Of a DNA stretch of 64,000 nucleotides, positions 1 through 9,107 are shown piece after piece (the stretch's first letter is position 1; each line of letters opens with the position of its first letter). The translations under genes and the position numbers were made by a program. Where the stretch lies: contig CAVQNG010000025.1 in NCBI GenBank assembly GCA_963713825.1, positions 320,001 through 384,000 on the forward strand, in the 5' to 3' direction. The stretch is from an uncultured Acidobacteriota bacterium. Its GTDB lineage: Bacteria > Acidobacteriota > Thermoanaerobaculia > Multivoradales > JAHEKO01. Below the pieces are notes generated by a model. That model searched no databases, had not been told where the DNA came from, and worked only from the letters and a program-made list of their open reading frames with translations.

Positions 1-570
1 CTCGACGTCGAAGATCCAGCGGGTGATGAAGGCTTCCTCGAAAAGATCGCGCACGGTTGGGCAGGCTCGAAAGAGCTTGGCGCCGCACTGGGTGTCGTAG
101 ACCGCGGCATCGAGCAATAGCGAGACTACTGTCGCGAACAAACGACCGGCATAGTGCCTGAAGGGATCGCGATCGACGTCGCGGCCGAGCATGCGCACCC
201 GGGACCCGAAGACCATCAAGGTCTCGGGACGTTCTGCGAAGATATGGGCGAGCCTCGAGGTCGAATCCAGCGGTATCGCTAGATCCGCGTCCCAGAATCC
301 GACCAGGGCAGCATCGGTGTCGAGAGCTTGTAGGATCCCCTGCCGCACAGCTTCCGCCTTGCCCTTGTTCTCGGGCAGCCGTAGGGACTCGCACCTTCCC
401 GAAGAGCTTTCACAGAGTTGTTGAAGCACGTCGTGAGTCCCATCCTCACTGCCGTCATCGACGAACAGGAAACGGACATCGGTCTGGGTGTCGAGGAACT
501 CCAGATAGGTCTCCGTTGGCAGGCGAGAGGCCTCGTTGAAGCAGGGAACCACGATCGTTGTCGACATCAT
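1..570 (-). CDS. GT2 family glycosyltransferase (polyprenol-phosphate glycosyltransferase-like), runs off window start
   Basis: Manual translation from ATG 570: MMSTTIVVPCFNEA...FLFVDDGSEDGT...NKGKAEAVRQG...FWDADLA...DTQCGAKLF; ATGA overlap with the upstream gene stop. Confidence 0.85.
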   Translation of the reverse strand, partial: MMSTTIVVPCFNEASRLPTETYLEFLDTQTDVRFLFVDDGSEDGTHDVLQQLCESSSGRCESLRLPENKGKAEAVRQGILQALDTDAALVGFWDADLAIPLDSTSRLAHIFAERPETLMVFGSRVRMLGRDVDRDPFRHYAGRLFATVVSLLLDAAVYDTQCGAKLFRACPTVRDLFEEAFITRWIFDVE

Positions 571-1406
571 CGGTTGGCAGCTCCACCGGGGTTGTGCTCG
601 AAATTCACAGAGGTCGGGCGATGGCGCGGAGCGATCCCGCCATCCTCGACCCGTAAGATCGCGATGAGGCTCGCACCGAAGCGGTAGCCAGTCGCCCTTC
701 GACCCTCGAGACAGTCTTCGAGGACTTTCGATTCGCTTCCGAACAGCGAGGCGAGGAATCGATTGACAGAGCGGGGCGGCATCCGGAGGTCGGTGCCGCG
801 ATCGCCGAAGGAGATGTGGCCGTAACGAGTCATGGCGCGGATCAACCGAATCGCCGGGTAGAGGCGCGTGTTGTAGTAGGAGACCAGGAGTGGAGTGACC
901 GGCAAGTCCTGCCACAGAAGCTCCAGTTGACTGAGCTCATAGCGACGGTAGTGGCCCAGGACTTCGTCGTGACTGGACCACAGGGCATCCTTGGCGGGGA
1001 CCGTCAAGAGAACGTGTGCCCCTGCTTGGCAACGAGACAGGAGGGTCGACAGGAACAGGAAGTCATCGGGCACGTGTTCCAGGACATCGGTCAGCAGATA
1101 CAGTTTTGCCCCTTGGTCGAACTCGGGCGGCGCCTCTCCCAGCGCGCCTTGCCAGAATCGAACCTCGGGAAAGCGTTGCCGGGCCAGGGTGATGGCGTCA
1201 GGTGAAGTGTCGATGCCAGCGGTATCGTAGGTGTCGGCGAGGGCTCCGACATTGCCACCGGGCCCACAGCCTACGTCGACGATCAGGCTCTGCCCATCTG
1301 GGGGCAGCAGAGAGTCCAAGAGAGTCCTGACGATTTGGCGCTTGCCCAGGAACCACCAGTGCTGCTCCTCCATTCTGGAGTGAAGCTCTTGTTGATGGGC
1401 GTCCAT
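567..1406 (-). CDS. Class I SAM-dependent methyltransferase (glycosylation-associated type)
   Basis: EEQHWWF, VDVGCGPG, DVLEH, TVPA..LWSSHDEVLGHYRRY; start moved to MDAHQQ (1406). Confidence 0.85.
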   Translation of the reverse strand: MDAHQQELHSRMEEQHWWFLGKRQIVRTLLDSLLPPDGQSLIVDVGCGPGGNVGALADTYDTAGIDTSPDAITLARQRFPEVRFWQGALGEAPPEFDQGAKLYLLTDVLEHVPDDFLFLSTLLSRCQAGAHVLLTVPAKDALWSSHDEVLGHYRRYELSQLELLWQDLPVTPLLVSYYNTRLYPAIRLIRAMTRYGHISFGDRGTDLRMPPRSVNRFLASLFGSESKVLEDCLEGRRATGYRFGASLIAILRVEDGGIAPRHRPTSVNFEHNPGGAANR

Positions 1407-1552
1407 TCGGAGGTCCTGGTGGCGGTGGTGGCTGATCCGTAACCGTGCTTGGATCGAGTGGCGGCGAGACGTTGGATCCGGGCGGCGCCCTGCGGCCATT
1501 CTAGCGCGGCTAGTGTGTCGTGCCGTATGAAGGACCGCACGCGGCGCAGGCT

Positions 1553-1605
1553 GAAAACAAAACACCACCTGGTAGCGCACTCTCGAGGAGAGCTCCACCA
1601 GGTGG
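1553..1605 (-). terminator. Rho-independent terminator downstream of cytochrome c3
   Basis: CCACCTGGT...ACCAGGTGG outer stem with inner CTCTC/GAGAG stem, followed by TGTTTTGTTTT on the minus strand. Confidence 0.75.
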
Positions 1606-1635
1606 ACGTAGTCGATCTACTGTTTGGGCCTGGGT

Positions 1636-2031
1636 TCAGCCAGCTTTCGGGTGGCAGCCATCGCACTTCGTGGGTGCTGCCTCGGATCCAGATTCCTTGT
1701 GACAGGTGACGCAGGCGATGTGGTACGGGTTCTTCGACAGGCTCATCTGTGCGCAGTCGGGCGTCTCGCCTTCCGGGTCCTTGTGACAGGAAGCGCAGGA
1801 CGGTACATCCATGTCCGACCCCGCGGCAAGGCCGTCATTCGTGTGATGGCACGTCGTGCACTCGGTGAGCTCGAAATGTGCGGCGTGTGGAAATTCTACG
1901 GCCGACTTCTTGGCCATACAGCCGTCGATGGTCACATCCGTCGGCGCATCCTTGGCCGAAGCTGCGAGAGTTGGCATGGCGAAGACCAGGGCGGCGATCA
2001 CGATACCGATGGTTACGAGTGATTTGCGCAT
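1636..2031 (-). CDS. Tetraheme cytochrome c3 (class III), periplasmic
   Basis: Signal peptide; VEFPHAAH; four CxxCH motifs (CTTCHH, CASCH, CVTCH, CDGCH); AGGAGG RBS. Confidence 0.9.
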   Translation of the reverse strand: MRKSLVTIGIVIAALVFAMPTLAASAKDAPTDVTIDGCMAKKSAVEFPHAAHFELTECTTCHHTNDGLAAGSDMDVPSCASCHKDPEGETPDCAQMSLSKNPYHIACVTCHKESGSEAAPTKCDGCHPKAG

Positions 2032-2175
2032 GAGCGTTCCCTCCTGAGGGGTTTGGTTGATCTCTCGGGGGCAGGTGCGTGCGCGGTAGCCACCCCCACC
2101 AACACTATCTCGGTCAACTCTATACCAGAATGAGTGCCAGCAGCGCGGTTGGCGCGGTCCGACTCGGGAGTAGGC

Positions 2176-3615
2176 CTAGGGAGCCGCTGCGGCGAGCGGT
2201 GCGTAGCTATCGGCAGAGACGAGGCGGCCCGGCATGTCGGCCAGAACGTAGCCCATGACCGCGAGCATGGCGACGGCTCGTTTGAAGTCCTGGGGGTCGA
2301 TCTTGTCCAGCGTATCGGCCTCGGTGTGGTGCCAGTCGAAGTAGTGCTCACCGACAGTTCTCAGTCCCAGACCAGGTACGCCCCCCTTGACCAGCGGGCC
2401 GATATCGGCGCCGCCACCGCCGCGAAAGATCTGCCCTGCATCGAGGCCTTCGAGCAGGCTGCCGATGGCCTCCAGATCCGCCAGGGCCGATTCGTAGATC
2501 GGGTCTCCCGAGTCGGGATTCACACCGGTCAGGCCGAAGCCGAACCCCAACGGGCGCTCGGCCCCACCATCCATCTCGATCGCTGCGACGTGGTTGTCGA
2601 TTCCCTCGCCGACCCATTCCCGGTATGCGGTGCCGCCAGCGAGGCCATTCTCCTCGTTGGTCCAGAGGACCACTCTCAGGGTGCGCTTGGGCTGCAGGCC
2701 GAGACGTTGGAGGATGCGCAAGGCCTGCCAGGCGGCGATGCAGCCAGCGCCATCGTCGTGGGCTCCCTGGCCGACATCCCAGGAATCGAAATGCCCACCC
2801 ATGACGACCACTTCTTCTGGAATCTGGCTGCCACGGATCTCGGCGACGACATTGGCGGACTCCGCGGCGGGAAGGGTCTTGGCTTCCATGTGGAGATCGA
2901 GTTTCAGCTCATGTCCCAAGTCGACGATCCGTTGCATCCACTCGGCGTCCTCGACAGTGATTGCCGCGGCCGGAATCTGGGGCGCGTCGTCCGAGTACCG
3001 AAGTGCCCCCGTGTGGGGTGAAGCGATGCTGCGACCTGTTGCCGAGCGGACCAGGACAGCGACTGCGCCCAGGGCGGCAGCGCGCGAGGCTCCGTCGCCA
3101 CGGTAGCGAACGGTCTTGCCATATCCCTCCCAGGGGACGGCGTAGACCACGATCTTGCCCTCCACCGCATCGCGACCGAGAGATTCGAGGTCTTCGAAGC
3201 TGTTCACCACCACCGCAGGAGCCTCGATCCCTTCGGCAGGAGTTCCAACGCTTCTGCCGAGGCCGAGAATCGCCAAGTCGCGTCGCATCGGGGCCACCAC
3301 CTGGGCACGCTCTTCACCGCGGACCCAATGTGGGACTTCAACCGGGTGATTCGAGACATCGTCGAAGCCTTCGGCTTGCATGGTCTGCGTGGCCCAAGCG
3401 ATGGCCTGTTCGAGTTGCTCGGAGCCCGACAACCGATGTCCGATCACGGTTGTCAGGTAGGTCAGCTTCTGCCAGCCTTCCTCGTCTGTCAGCGCCGCCC
3501 CGATGATGCGACCAGCATCCTCTCGATAGGCTGTTGTCAGCTGATCTTCGGATACAGCGGGTCGGACGGCGATCGTCAGAAGCAGGATGAGCTGCGAGAG
3601 AAGCTTTCGGCGCAC
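2176..3615 (-). CDS. M28 family secreted peptidase with PA domain (carboxypeptidase Q-like)
   Basis: HWVRG, SPHTG, GGHFDSWD, AHDDGAG, NEENG, HHTEADT; signal peptide; GTG 3615 with AGGAG RBS. Confidence 0.9.
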   Translation of the reverse strand: MRRKLLSQLILLLTIAVRPAVSEDQLTTAYREDAGRIIGAALTDEEGWQKLTYLTTVIGHRLSGSEQLEQAIAWATQTMQAEGFDDVSNHPVEVPHWVRGEERAQVVAPMRRDLAILGLGRSVGTPAEGIEAPAVVVNSFEDLESLGRDAVEGKIVVYAVPWEGYGKTVRYRGDGASRAAALGAVAVLVRSATGRSIASPHTGALRYSDDAPQIPAAAITVEDAEWMQRIVDLGHELKLDLHMEAKTLPAAESANVVAEIRGSQIPEEVVVMGGHFDSWDVGQGAHDDGAGCIAAWQALRILQRLGLQPKRTLRVVLWTNEENGLAGGTAYREWVGEGIDNHVAAIEMDGGAERPLGFGFGLTGVNPDSGDPIYESALADLEAIGSLLEGLDAGQIFRGGGGADIGPLVKGGVPGLGLRTVGEHYFDWHHTEADTLDKIDPQDFKRAVAMLAVMGYVLADMPGRLVSADSYAPLAAAAP

Positions 3616-3700
3616 GATAGGGTCTCCTGGCGCGGGAGTGGACAGAGCAGAGCGACTTCGCGGCCCGAATCCTACAGCAAACACCCGAGAAGCGTGGCCT

Positions 3701-5572
3701 TTATGAAGCGGCGAAAATCATGGTGACCTCGATTACACCGGACGATGCTCTCGCCTCCACTTGACAGCCACTCTTTTTGAAAACGGCGAGCATTTTCTCG
3801 TTCTCGGTCAGCACATCGGCTGTGAAGCCGCGCAGGCCAAGAGTTCGTGCGTACGCTATGAGGCGCTCTTGCAGTACGGTTCCGAGTCCCTTGCCTTGCC
3901 AATCGGGATGAATCATGTACGCCACATCTGCCAGGTTGGTCGAGGGGTCGGTGTAGAAGCAGCCACTACCGACGATGATCTCTTCCTCCCGCTCTCCGAC
4001 GACGGCCGCGAACGCCATCTCGTTCTCGAAGTCGACGGTGCACAGATGCTGAGCCCGCTCAGCGGTCAAGGATTTCAGGTTGGTGAAGAAACGGGTGTAG
4101 ATATCTTCCGCTGTGAGGCTGTAGAAGAGCTTCTTCATGGCTGCCTCATCGGTGGCCCGAGTGGGGCGAAGAAGGATCTCAGATCCGTCCTTGAGGGTCG
4201 TGGTTCTCTCCTCCTCGGCAGGATAAGCTGATCGGCTCTTCAGTTTCTGAGTGGTGGACAGCAGGCCCTTCTCCTTTGCCGCCTCCAATAACCTTTCCCG
4301 GTAGTCGGGATGGGCGATCTCGATCAGGGCCAGAGCCCGCTCACGAATCGACTTGCCGAACAGGTAGGCGACACCGTATTCCGTGACGACAAAATGAACG
4401 TCGGACCGGGCGATGGTGGCGGCCTCACCCTCCTGCAAAGCCGCCCTGATGCGGGAGCTCTGGCTATTCTCGGCGGTCGACGTCAGGCAGATGATCGACT
4501 TGCCGCCGTCGGAAGCGGCCGCGCCCCGTATGAAGTCGGGCTGGGCCGACACCCCGCCGTAGAGCTCACCCTCGAATTGATCGGCGCAAACCTGGCCCGT
4601 GAGATCGATGGAGAAAGCCTGTGTCACAGAGACCATCTTGTGATTCGCGGCGATCGCCTCGAACTCGCAGACACTCTCGATGGATTGAAATTCGAAAGTC
4701 GGGTTGTCATCGACAAAGTCGTAGAGCCGTTTCGTTCCCATACAGTAGCTGGCTACGACTTTGCCCGGATGCAGGGTCTTCAGCCGGCCTGTGACGACAC
4801 CTTTGTCGATGAGGTCGGCCACGGGCTCCGTGATCACGTCGGAGTGAATGCCGAGATCTCGACGATTGTCGAGGTATTTCAGCATTTCGTTCGGAATCCG
4901 CCCGAGGCCGATCTGCAGCGTCGAGCCGTCGTCGATAATGCGTGCGATATAGCGCGCGATTCGCCGGGCGCGCTGTTCCGCCGCCGGATGCAGATACTCG
5001 ATCACTGGGCTGTCGACCACGACAAACCGATCGATCGAAGCGAGGGGAACTCGACTGTCTCCGCAGGTACGGGGCATGGCTGGATTGATCTCGGCGATGA
5101 TCTGTTTGGCTCGGCGCAAGGCGGCCGGTATCAAGTCCACCGAGACCCCCAGCGAGCACATGCCTTCCCCGTCGGGTGGGGAGACTTGAATCAGGGCCAC
5201 ATCGATAGGAATCCGGCCGATGTCGATGAGGTGGCGCACCTGGGACACGGAGATCGGCACGTAGTCCGTCTTGCCCTGTTTGACCATCTCGCGAGTATCG
5301 CTGCCGACGAAGAAGACCCGGTGACGGAACCGAGTGAATGGCTTGCCGTTGTAGACGGGAACGGCACCATCGGTCAGAGAGTGGATGAGCTCGAGATCGG
5401 ACCACGGTGCCGAGGCATCTTCGAGGGCTTCGATCAAAGTGCGCGGAGTCGCGCAAGCCGTTCCAACGAAAACATGGTCGCCCGAGTTGATTCCTTCGAG
5501 GGCCTGCTGCGCGGTGACGGCCTGGTCCGTCCAGGCACCGTTGCTCGATGGTTGGGTTGTCGGATCTATCAT
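3701..5572 (-). CDS. Acetyl-CoA hydrolase/CoA-transferase family domain fused to C-terminal GNAT acetyltransferase
   Basis: DVALIQVSPPD, LQIGLGRIP, IDLTGQVCAD, VVTEYG; C-terminal LRP..D, TRFF, WQGKGLG, NEKMLAVF. Confidence 0.9.
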   Translation of the reverse strand: MIDPTTQPSSNGAWTDQAVTAQQALEGINSGDHVFVGTACATPRTLIEALEDASAPWSDLELIHSLTDGAVPVYNGKPFTRFRHRVFFVGSDTREMVKQGKTDYVPISVSQVRHLIDIGRIPIDVALIQVSPPDGEGMCSLGVSVDLIPAALRRAKQIIAEINPAMPRTCGDSRVPLASIDRFVVVDSPVIEYLHPAAEQRARRIARYIARIIDDGSTLQIGLGRIPNEMLKYLDNRRDLGIHSDVITEPVADLIDKGVVTGRLKTLHPGKVVASYCMGTKRLYDFVDDNPTFEFQSIESVCEFEAIAANHKMVSVTQAFSIDLTGQVCADQFEGELYGGVSAQPDFIRGAAASDGGKSIICLTSTAENSQSSRIRAALQEGEAATIARSDVHFVVTEYGVAYLFGKSIRERALALIEIAHPDYRERLLEAAKEKGLLSTTQKLKSRSAYPAEEERTTTLKDGSEILLRPTRATDEAAMKKLFYSLTAEDIYTRFFTNLKSLTAERAQHLCTVDFENEMAFAAVVGEREEEIIVGSGCFYTDPSTNLADVAYMIHPDWQGKGLGTVLQERLIAYARTLGLRGFTADVLTENEKMLAVFKKSGCQVEARASSGVIEVTMIFAAS

Positions 5573-5944
5573 CTCGATTCTCCGTCTGTCGCCTTGAGTG
5601 GTACCGCCTCGTTGAACGTCGCCGCACCAGGGTCAATCCACTCTCGAACCTCGCCAAGCTGGAGCGCTATCTGAAGTCCCCTGGGAACCACTTCGGAACC
5701 GGACTCATGCCTGCCGCACAGCCATGCGAGTACACTCGGGTCGGTCAGCTCGACCCGGATACTGGCTGCCCTCGGAAGAGATTGTGCTGCCGGGTTTTGA
5801 CTGCGCGGGAGTGTAGCACCATAGCGGAGTACTACGCTGCCAAATCGACGATCACTTGCTACCGTGAAAAGGAGTGATGGCGCCTGCGCAGTCGTCGCAG
5901 GAGAGGCGAGAGCCAGCGGCGCCTGATGCGCCGGAGGGACGGCC

Positions 5945-7642
5945 ATGAGAAGGTACCTGAGAATCGCCGTTGTCGGCCTGCTGTTGGCAGGCCCAGCGGG
6001 CGCCTTGGTTTGGACAGAGAGTGGGGATGCACCCAGCTATCCTGATGGCGCAGCCCAACGGACGTTCGGCGACCGACTCATCCAGACAATCGACGGCGAG
6101 CTCGACCAGACGGCCGGTGACGAGCGGGATGCCTTCTGCATCCGGATCGTCGACCCGATCGCCTTCCTGGCGACGACTCATCCGATTCTCCATCCGGATG
6201 CCAGCGGTAACTTCGATACCCGTCTCTTTCTTTTCACCGCTGATGGTATTCCGGTGCTCGGTAATGACAACGCCTTCAATGGTGGATTCGGACTCTCAGT
6301 CCTAAGGGTTGACGCCACCGATGGCTCGGGGTTCTTGTTGGGAACACCTGGAGAGTACGTTCTCGTAGTGGCCGGAGGACCCGACGATCCGCGAGACGAT
6401 GATGATCTCCCTCTATTCAGGATCGAAGACGACCCGCTGGCCGTCCATGCAGCGGACCCGCTCGCAGGCTCCTTCAGCGACTGGAGCCTTGGCGCAGTGG
6501 GCAGCGAGTCCGGTTCCTATTCTGTAGGTCTGGATGGCGTGGAGACCTGCGGAGTCGTCGATCTGACTCTAGCGACCATCGAGAGCGATCAGGCCTGTAT
6601 CACCGACGGCCTCGGCGGTTTCTCAGGGTGCAGTGACGTCAGTGAAGACGACGGGTACAGCTTCAAGCCGGCTTTGGGAGATCTCGATGGGGATGGATCC
6701 TTGGATGCCGTTTTCGCGAGAAGCCTCTTCGAGCCCAACATCGTCTGCCTGGGCGAAGGAAGTGGCGGCTTCACCGGATGTGCCGCGGTAAGTGCGGACG
6801 CCTTTGATACTTCCGGGGTGGACCTTGCGGATCTGGACGGAGACGGCCACCTGGACGCGGTCTTTGCTAACTCTGGGGATCCGAGCCGGGCTTGCCTGGG
6901 TGATGGATCGGGCGGCTTCTCCGCCTGCTCGAATATCAGCCCCTCATCTGGGGATGCGACTGCAGTGGCCGCCGGCGATCTCAACGGCGATGGCGACCAG
7001 GATGTCGTGGTAGCGATCTCTTCGGGGGGCAGTGAGGCCTGCCTGGGTAACGGAGTTGGTGGTTTCAGCAGTTGCGTCAGTGTCGACGTTGACGCCAACT
7101 CCACTTTTCGTATGGCTTTGGGTCAGGTAAACGGTGACGGGCTGCTCGATGTTGTCTTCGCCAACATGAATGAAGCAGATAGAGTCTGTTTCGGGGATGG
7201 AACCGGCAGCTTGGCGAGCTGCACGGACGTCGGTGCAACAGTCGTTTCGAGCCATGGAGTTGCTCTTGGCGACATCAACGGTGACCTCGCTACGGACGCC
7301 GTTTTCGCGGTAGCCGGCGCCGCCAATCGGGTCTGCCTGGGTGATGGGTTGGGAGGCTTCTCATGCGGAGCCATTGGTCCCGATAGCGAGTCGGCTTTCG
7401 ACATAGCGCTGGGTCATGTCGACGAAGATGGCCATCTCGACGCTCTATTTGGCAGGACTCATGGACCCGAACGGATCTGCCTCGGTGACGGTACAGGGGC
7501 CTTTAGCTGCGCCGATGTGAGTGCCGATTCAATGCTGGTTGCAGGGGTGGCGGCAGGAAAATTGGACCTGCGGCTGCAGACGATCTTCTTCGATCACTTC
7601 GAGACCGGCGACAAGAGCGCCTGGTCGGCCGTCGTCGAGTAG
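5945..7642 (+). CDS. Secreted FG-GAP/VCBS repeat protein with N-terminal PPC-like domain and C-terminal FxDxFETGD motif
   Basis: Signal peptide; FDTRLFLF..G; about 6-7 GDLDGDGxLD repeats each followed by CLGDGxGGF..C; ends IFFDHFETGDKSAWSAVVE. Confidence 0.85.
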   Translation: MRRYLRIAVVGLLLAGPAGALVWTESGDAPSYPDGAAQRTFGDRLIQTIDGELDQTAGDERDAFCIRIVDPIAFLATTHPILHPDASGNFDTRLFLFTADGIPVLGNDNAFNGGFGLSVLRVDATDGSGFLLGTPGEYVLVVAGGPDDPRDDDDLPLFRIEDDPLAVHAADPLAGSFSDWSLGAVGSESGSYSVGLDGVETCGVVDLTLATIESDQACITDGLGGFSGCSDVSEDDGYSFKPALGDLDGDGSLDAVFARSLFEPNIVCLGEGSGGFTGCAAVSADAFDTSGVDLADLDGDGHLDAVFANSGDPSRACLGDGSGGFSACSNISPSSGDATAVAAGDLNGDGDQDVVVAISSGGSEACLGNGVGGFSSCVSVDVDANSTFRMALGQVNGDGLLDVVFANMNEADRVCFGDGTGSLASCTDVGATVVSSHGVALGDINGDLATDAVFAVAGAANRVCLGDGLGGFSCGAIGPDSESAFDIALGHVDEDGHLDALFGRTHGPERICLGDGTGAFSCADVSADSMLVAGVAAGKLDLRLQTIFFDHFETGDKSAWSAVVE

Positions 7643-7657
7643 TCGGCCGTTCCGCCT

Positions 7658-8455
7658 CTAGGTCTGACGAGTTTTCGGCTGACAAGCCCTGATCGCGACG
7701 TAGTACCCGGTCAGGTACCGAGTGGGCAGCCATTCTAGATACTCGAAGGCCAGGTAGACTTGGAGCAGGGTATTTCCGAGACGATTGCCCCTCCATCGCG
7801 AAGACAGGGAATCGAGCCATATCGCGAGTGCGCGAGGTGCATGAGCAATGGCTGTCTCGTCACTGATCTCGAGCCCCAGGCTCTCGAGCTGTTGGCGGGT
7901 GTCGCGGCGGCTCCACGTCCATCCCACGAAGTAGGGAACCAACCCCAGGCGATTCAGAAGGCGATAGGGCAGATGATTGCGGAGCCAGATGATCGGATTC
8001 TGGGGATTGTCGAGCGTCAAGAGTAGAACGCCACCGGGAGCCAGCCCCGCGGTCACTTCGGCGAGACCCGAAACCAACTCTCTCTCGGTCTCGAAGTGAT
8101 CGAGCGACGAGCCTGAAAGGATCGAGCTGAGAGTCCCAGGCCTGATCGGACTGCGTCGGAGGTCGCTTACCAGAAGGCGATAGCCGCTCGAGCTCTCGAG
8201 GTTGTTCTTGGCTCCTGCGACCACCGAGATCGAGACATCCATCCCCAGGCCACCCTCGGGGAACTCCGCCATTGGGTGGTGGGGACTGATGGCTTCCTCG
8301 AAGAGATCGGTCTTGAGGCGCCGACCTGGTGGGGCGGCCTCGAACCACCGTCGGGTCAATCGGCAGTAGACCTCCTTCATGTAAGCTCGCCAGACATCCA
8401 GCGTCGGCGAGCTCTGGAAGTCCGCGACAACCTGATCCCAGTTTTCGCTAGCCAT
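7658..8455 (-). CDS. Putative SAM-dependent methyltransferase (divergent motif I)
   Basis: LKTDLFEE, GMDVS, VSDLR, SSLDHF, LAPGGVLLLTLDN; overlaps the end of the GNAT gene. Confidence 0.7.
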   Translation of the reverse strand: MASENWDQVVADFQSSPTLDVWRAYMKEVYCRLTRRWFEAAPPGRRLKTDLFEEAISPHHPMAEFPEGGLGMDVSISVVAGAKNNLESSSGYRLLVSDLRRSPIRPGTLSSILSGSSLDHFETERELVSGLAEVTAGLAPGGVLLLTLDNPQNPIIWLRNHLPYRLLNRLGLVPYFVGWTWSRRDTRQQLESLGLEISDETAIAHAPRALAIWLDSLSSRWRGNRLGNTLLQVYLAFEYLEWLPTRYLTGYYVAIRACQPKTRQT

Positions 8456-9107
8456 GCGGATTGAGGGAGCCTCTCTCTTTTCGACCCGGTGAATCGCTGG
8501 CCGATACTCCGAATGGGAATCTCAGTAGTGGGAGGGGGTTCAGGCCCGGAAGCTTCAGAATGGGTGCAGCGTGGAACTGGGCGCCCAGGCGCTTTCGTGC
8601 CGCGACCGAAGGCGTATTGTCTCTGTCCACGAGATTGCAGCAGAACTGGAACCCCTCCTGCTCGAGCTCTGAGTAGACCGCCTCCGTCAGGCTTTGGAAT
8701 ATCTTCCGCCCTCTGAATTCTGGGCGCACGAAGCTGTTGTAGGTGTAACCCCCCTGCGGTGGAAGAGACTGAATCTTCCAGCTCAGGAGGTAGATGTCAT
8801 GGGTATTGAGCCAGGAGTAGCCCGCGATCTCCTCACCCTCGCCGGCGACGAAACACTGGCTGTGTTGGGCAGTTGCGATTCGACAGGACTCCGTCTGGGC
8901 CGGGCCGAAGACGGTACTAAGTCGAGCGAGATCCGATGAGGTCGCCCGCCGGACGATCAGCTCTGAGGGTGACTCGACATGCTGCACTGTGCCGCCGAGC
9001 GTGCGTTCCCCATAGAGCATGTTGTAGAAGCGAACTCCGAACAGAGCGGCAGTTCGGCTGGCCACGCGCACCCATAGTGGCCTGTGATCGCGAACGAGCG
9101 CCGGCAT
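8448..9107 (-). CDS. GNAT family N-acetyltransferase
   Basis: IAGYSW, YNSFVRPEFRGRKI, DNTPSVAARKRLG. Confidence 0.8.
   Translation of the reverse strand: MPALVRDHRPLWVRVASRTAALFGVRFYNMLYGERTLGGTVQHVESPSELIVRRATSSDLARLSTVFGPAQTESCRIATAQHSQCFVAGEGEEIAGYSWLNTHDIYLLSWKIQSLPPQGGYTYNSFVRPEFRGRKIFQSLTEAVYSELEQEGFQFCCNLVDRDNTPSVAARKRLGAQFHAAPILKLPGLNPLPLLRFPFGVSASDSPGRKERGSLNPHG

Noticed and set aside
2050-2125. FNR-like site upstream of cytochrome c3
   Set aside because: Only half-site matches to TTGAT-N4-ATCAA.
6660-7510. Periodic DNA repeats resembling an array
   Set aside because: These are degenerate coding FG-GAP repeats, with no repeat-spacer structure.
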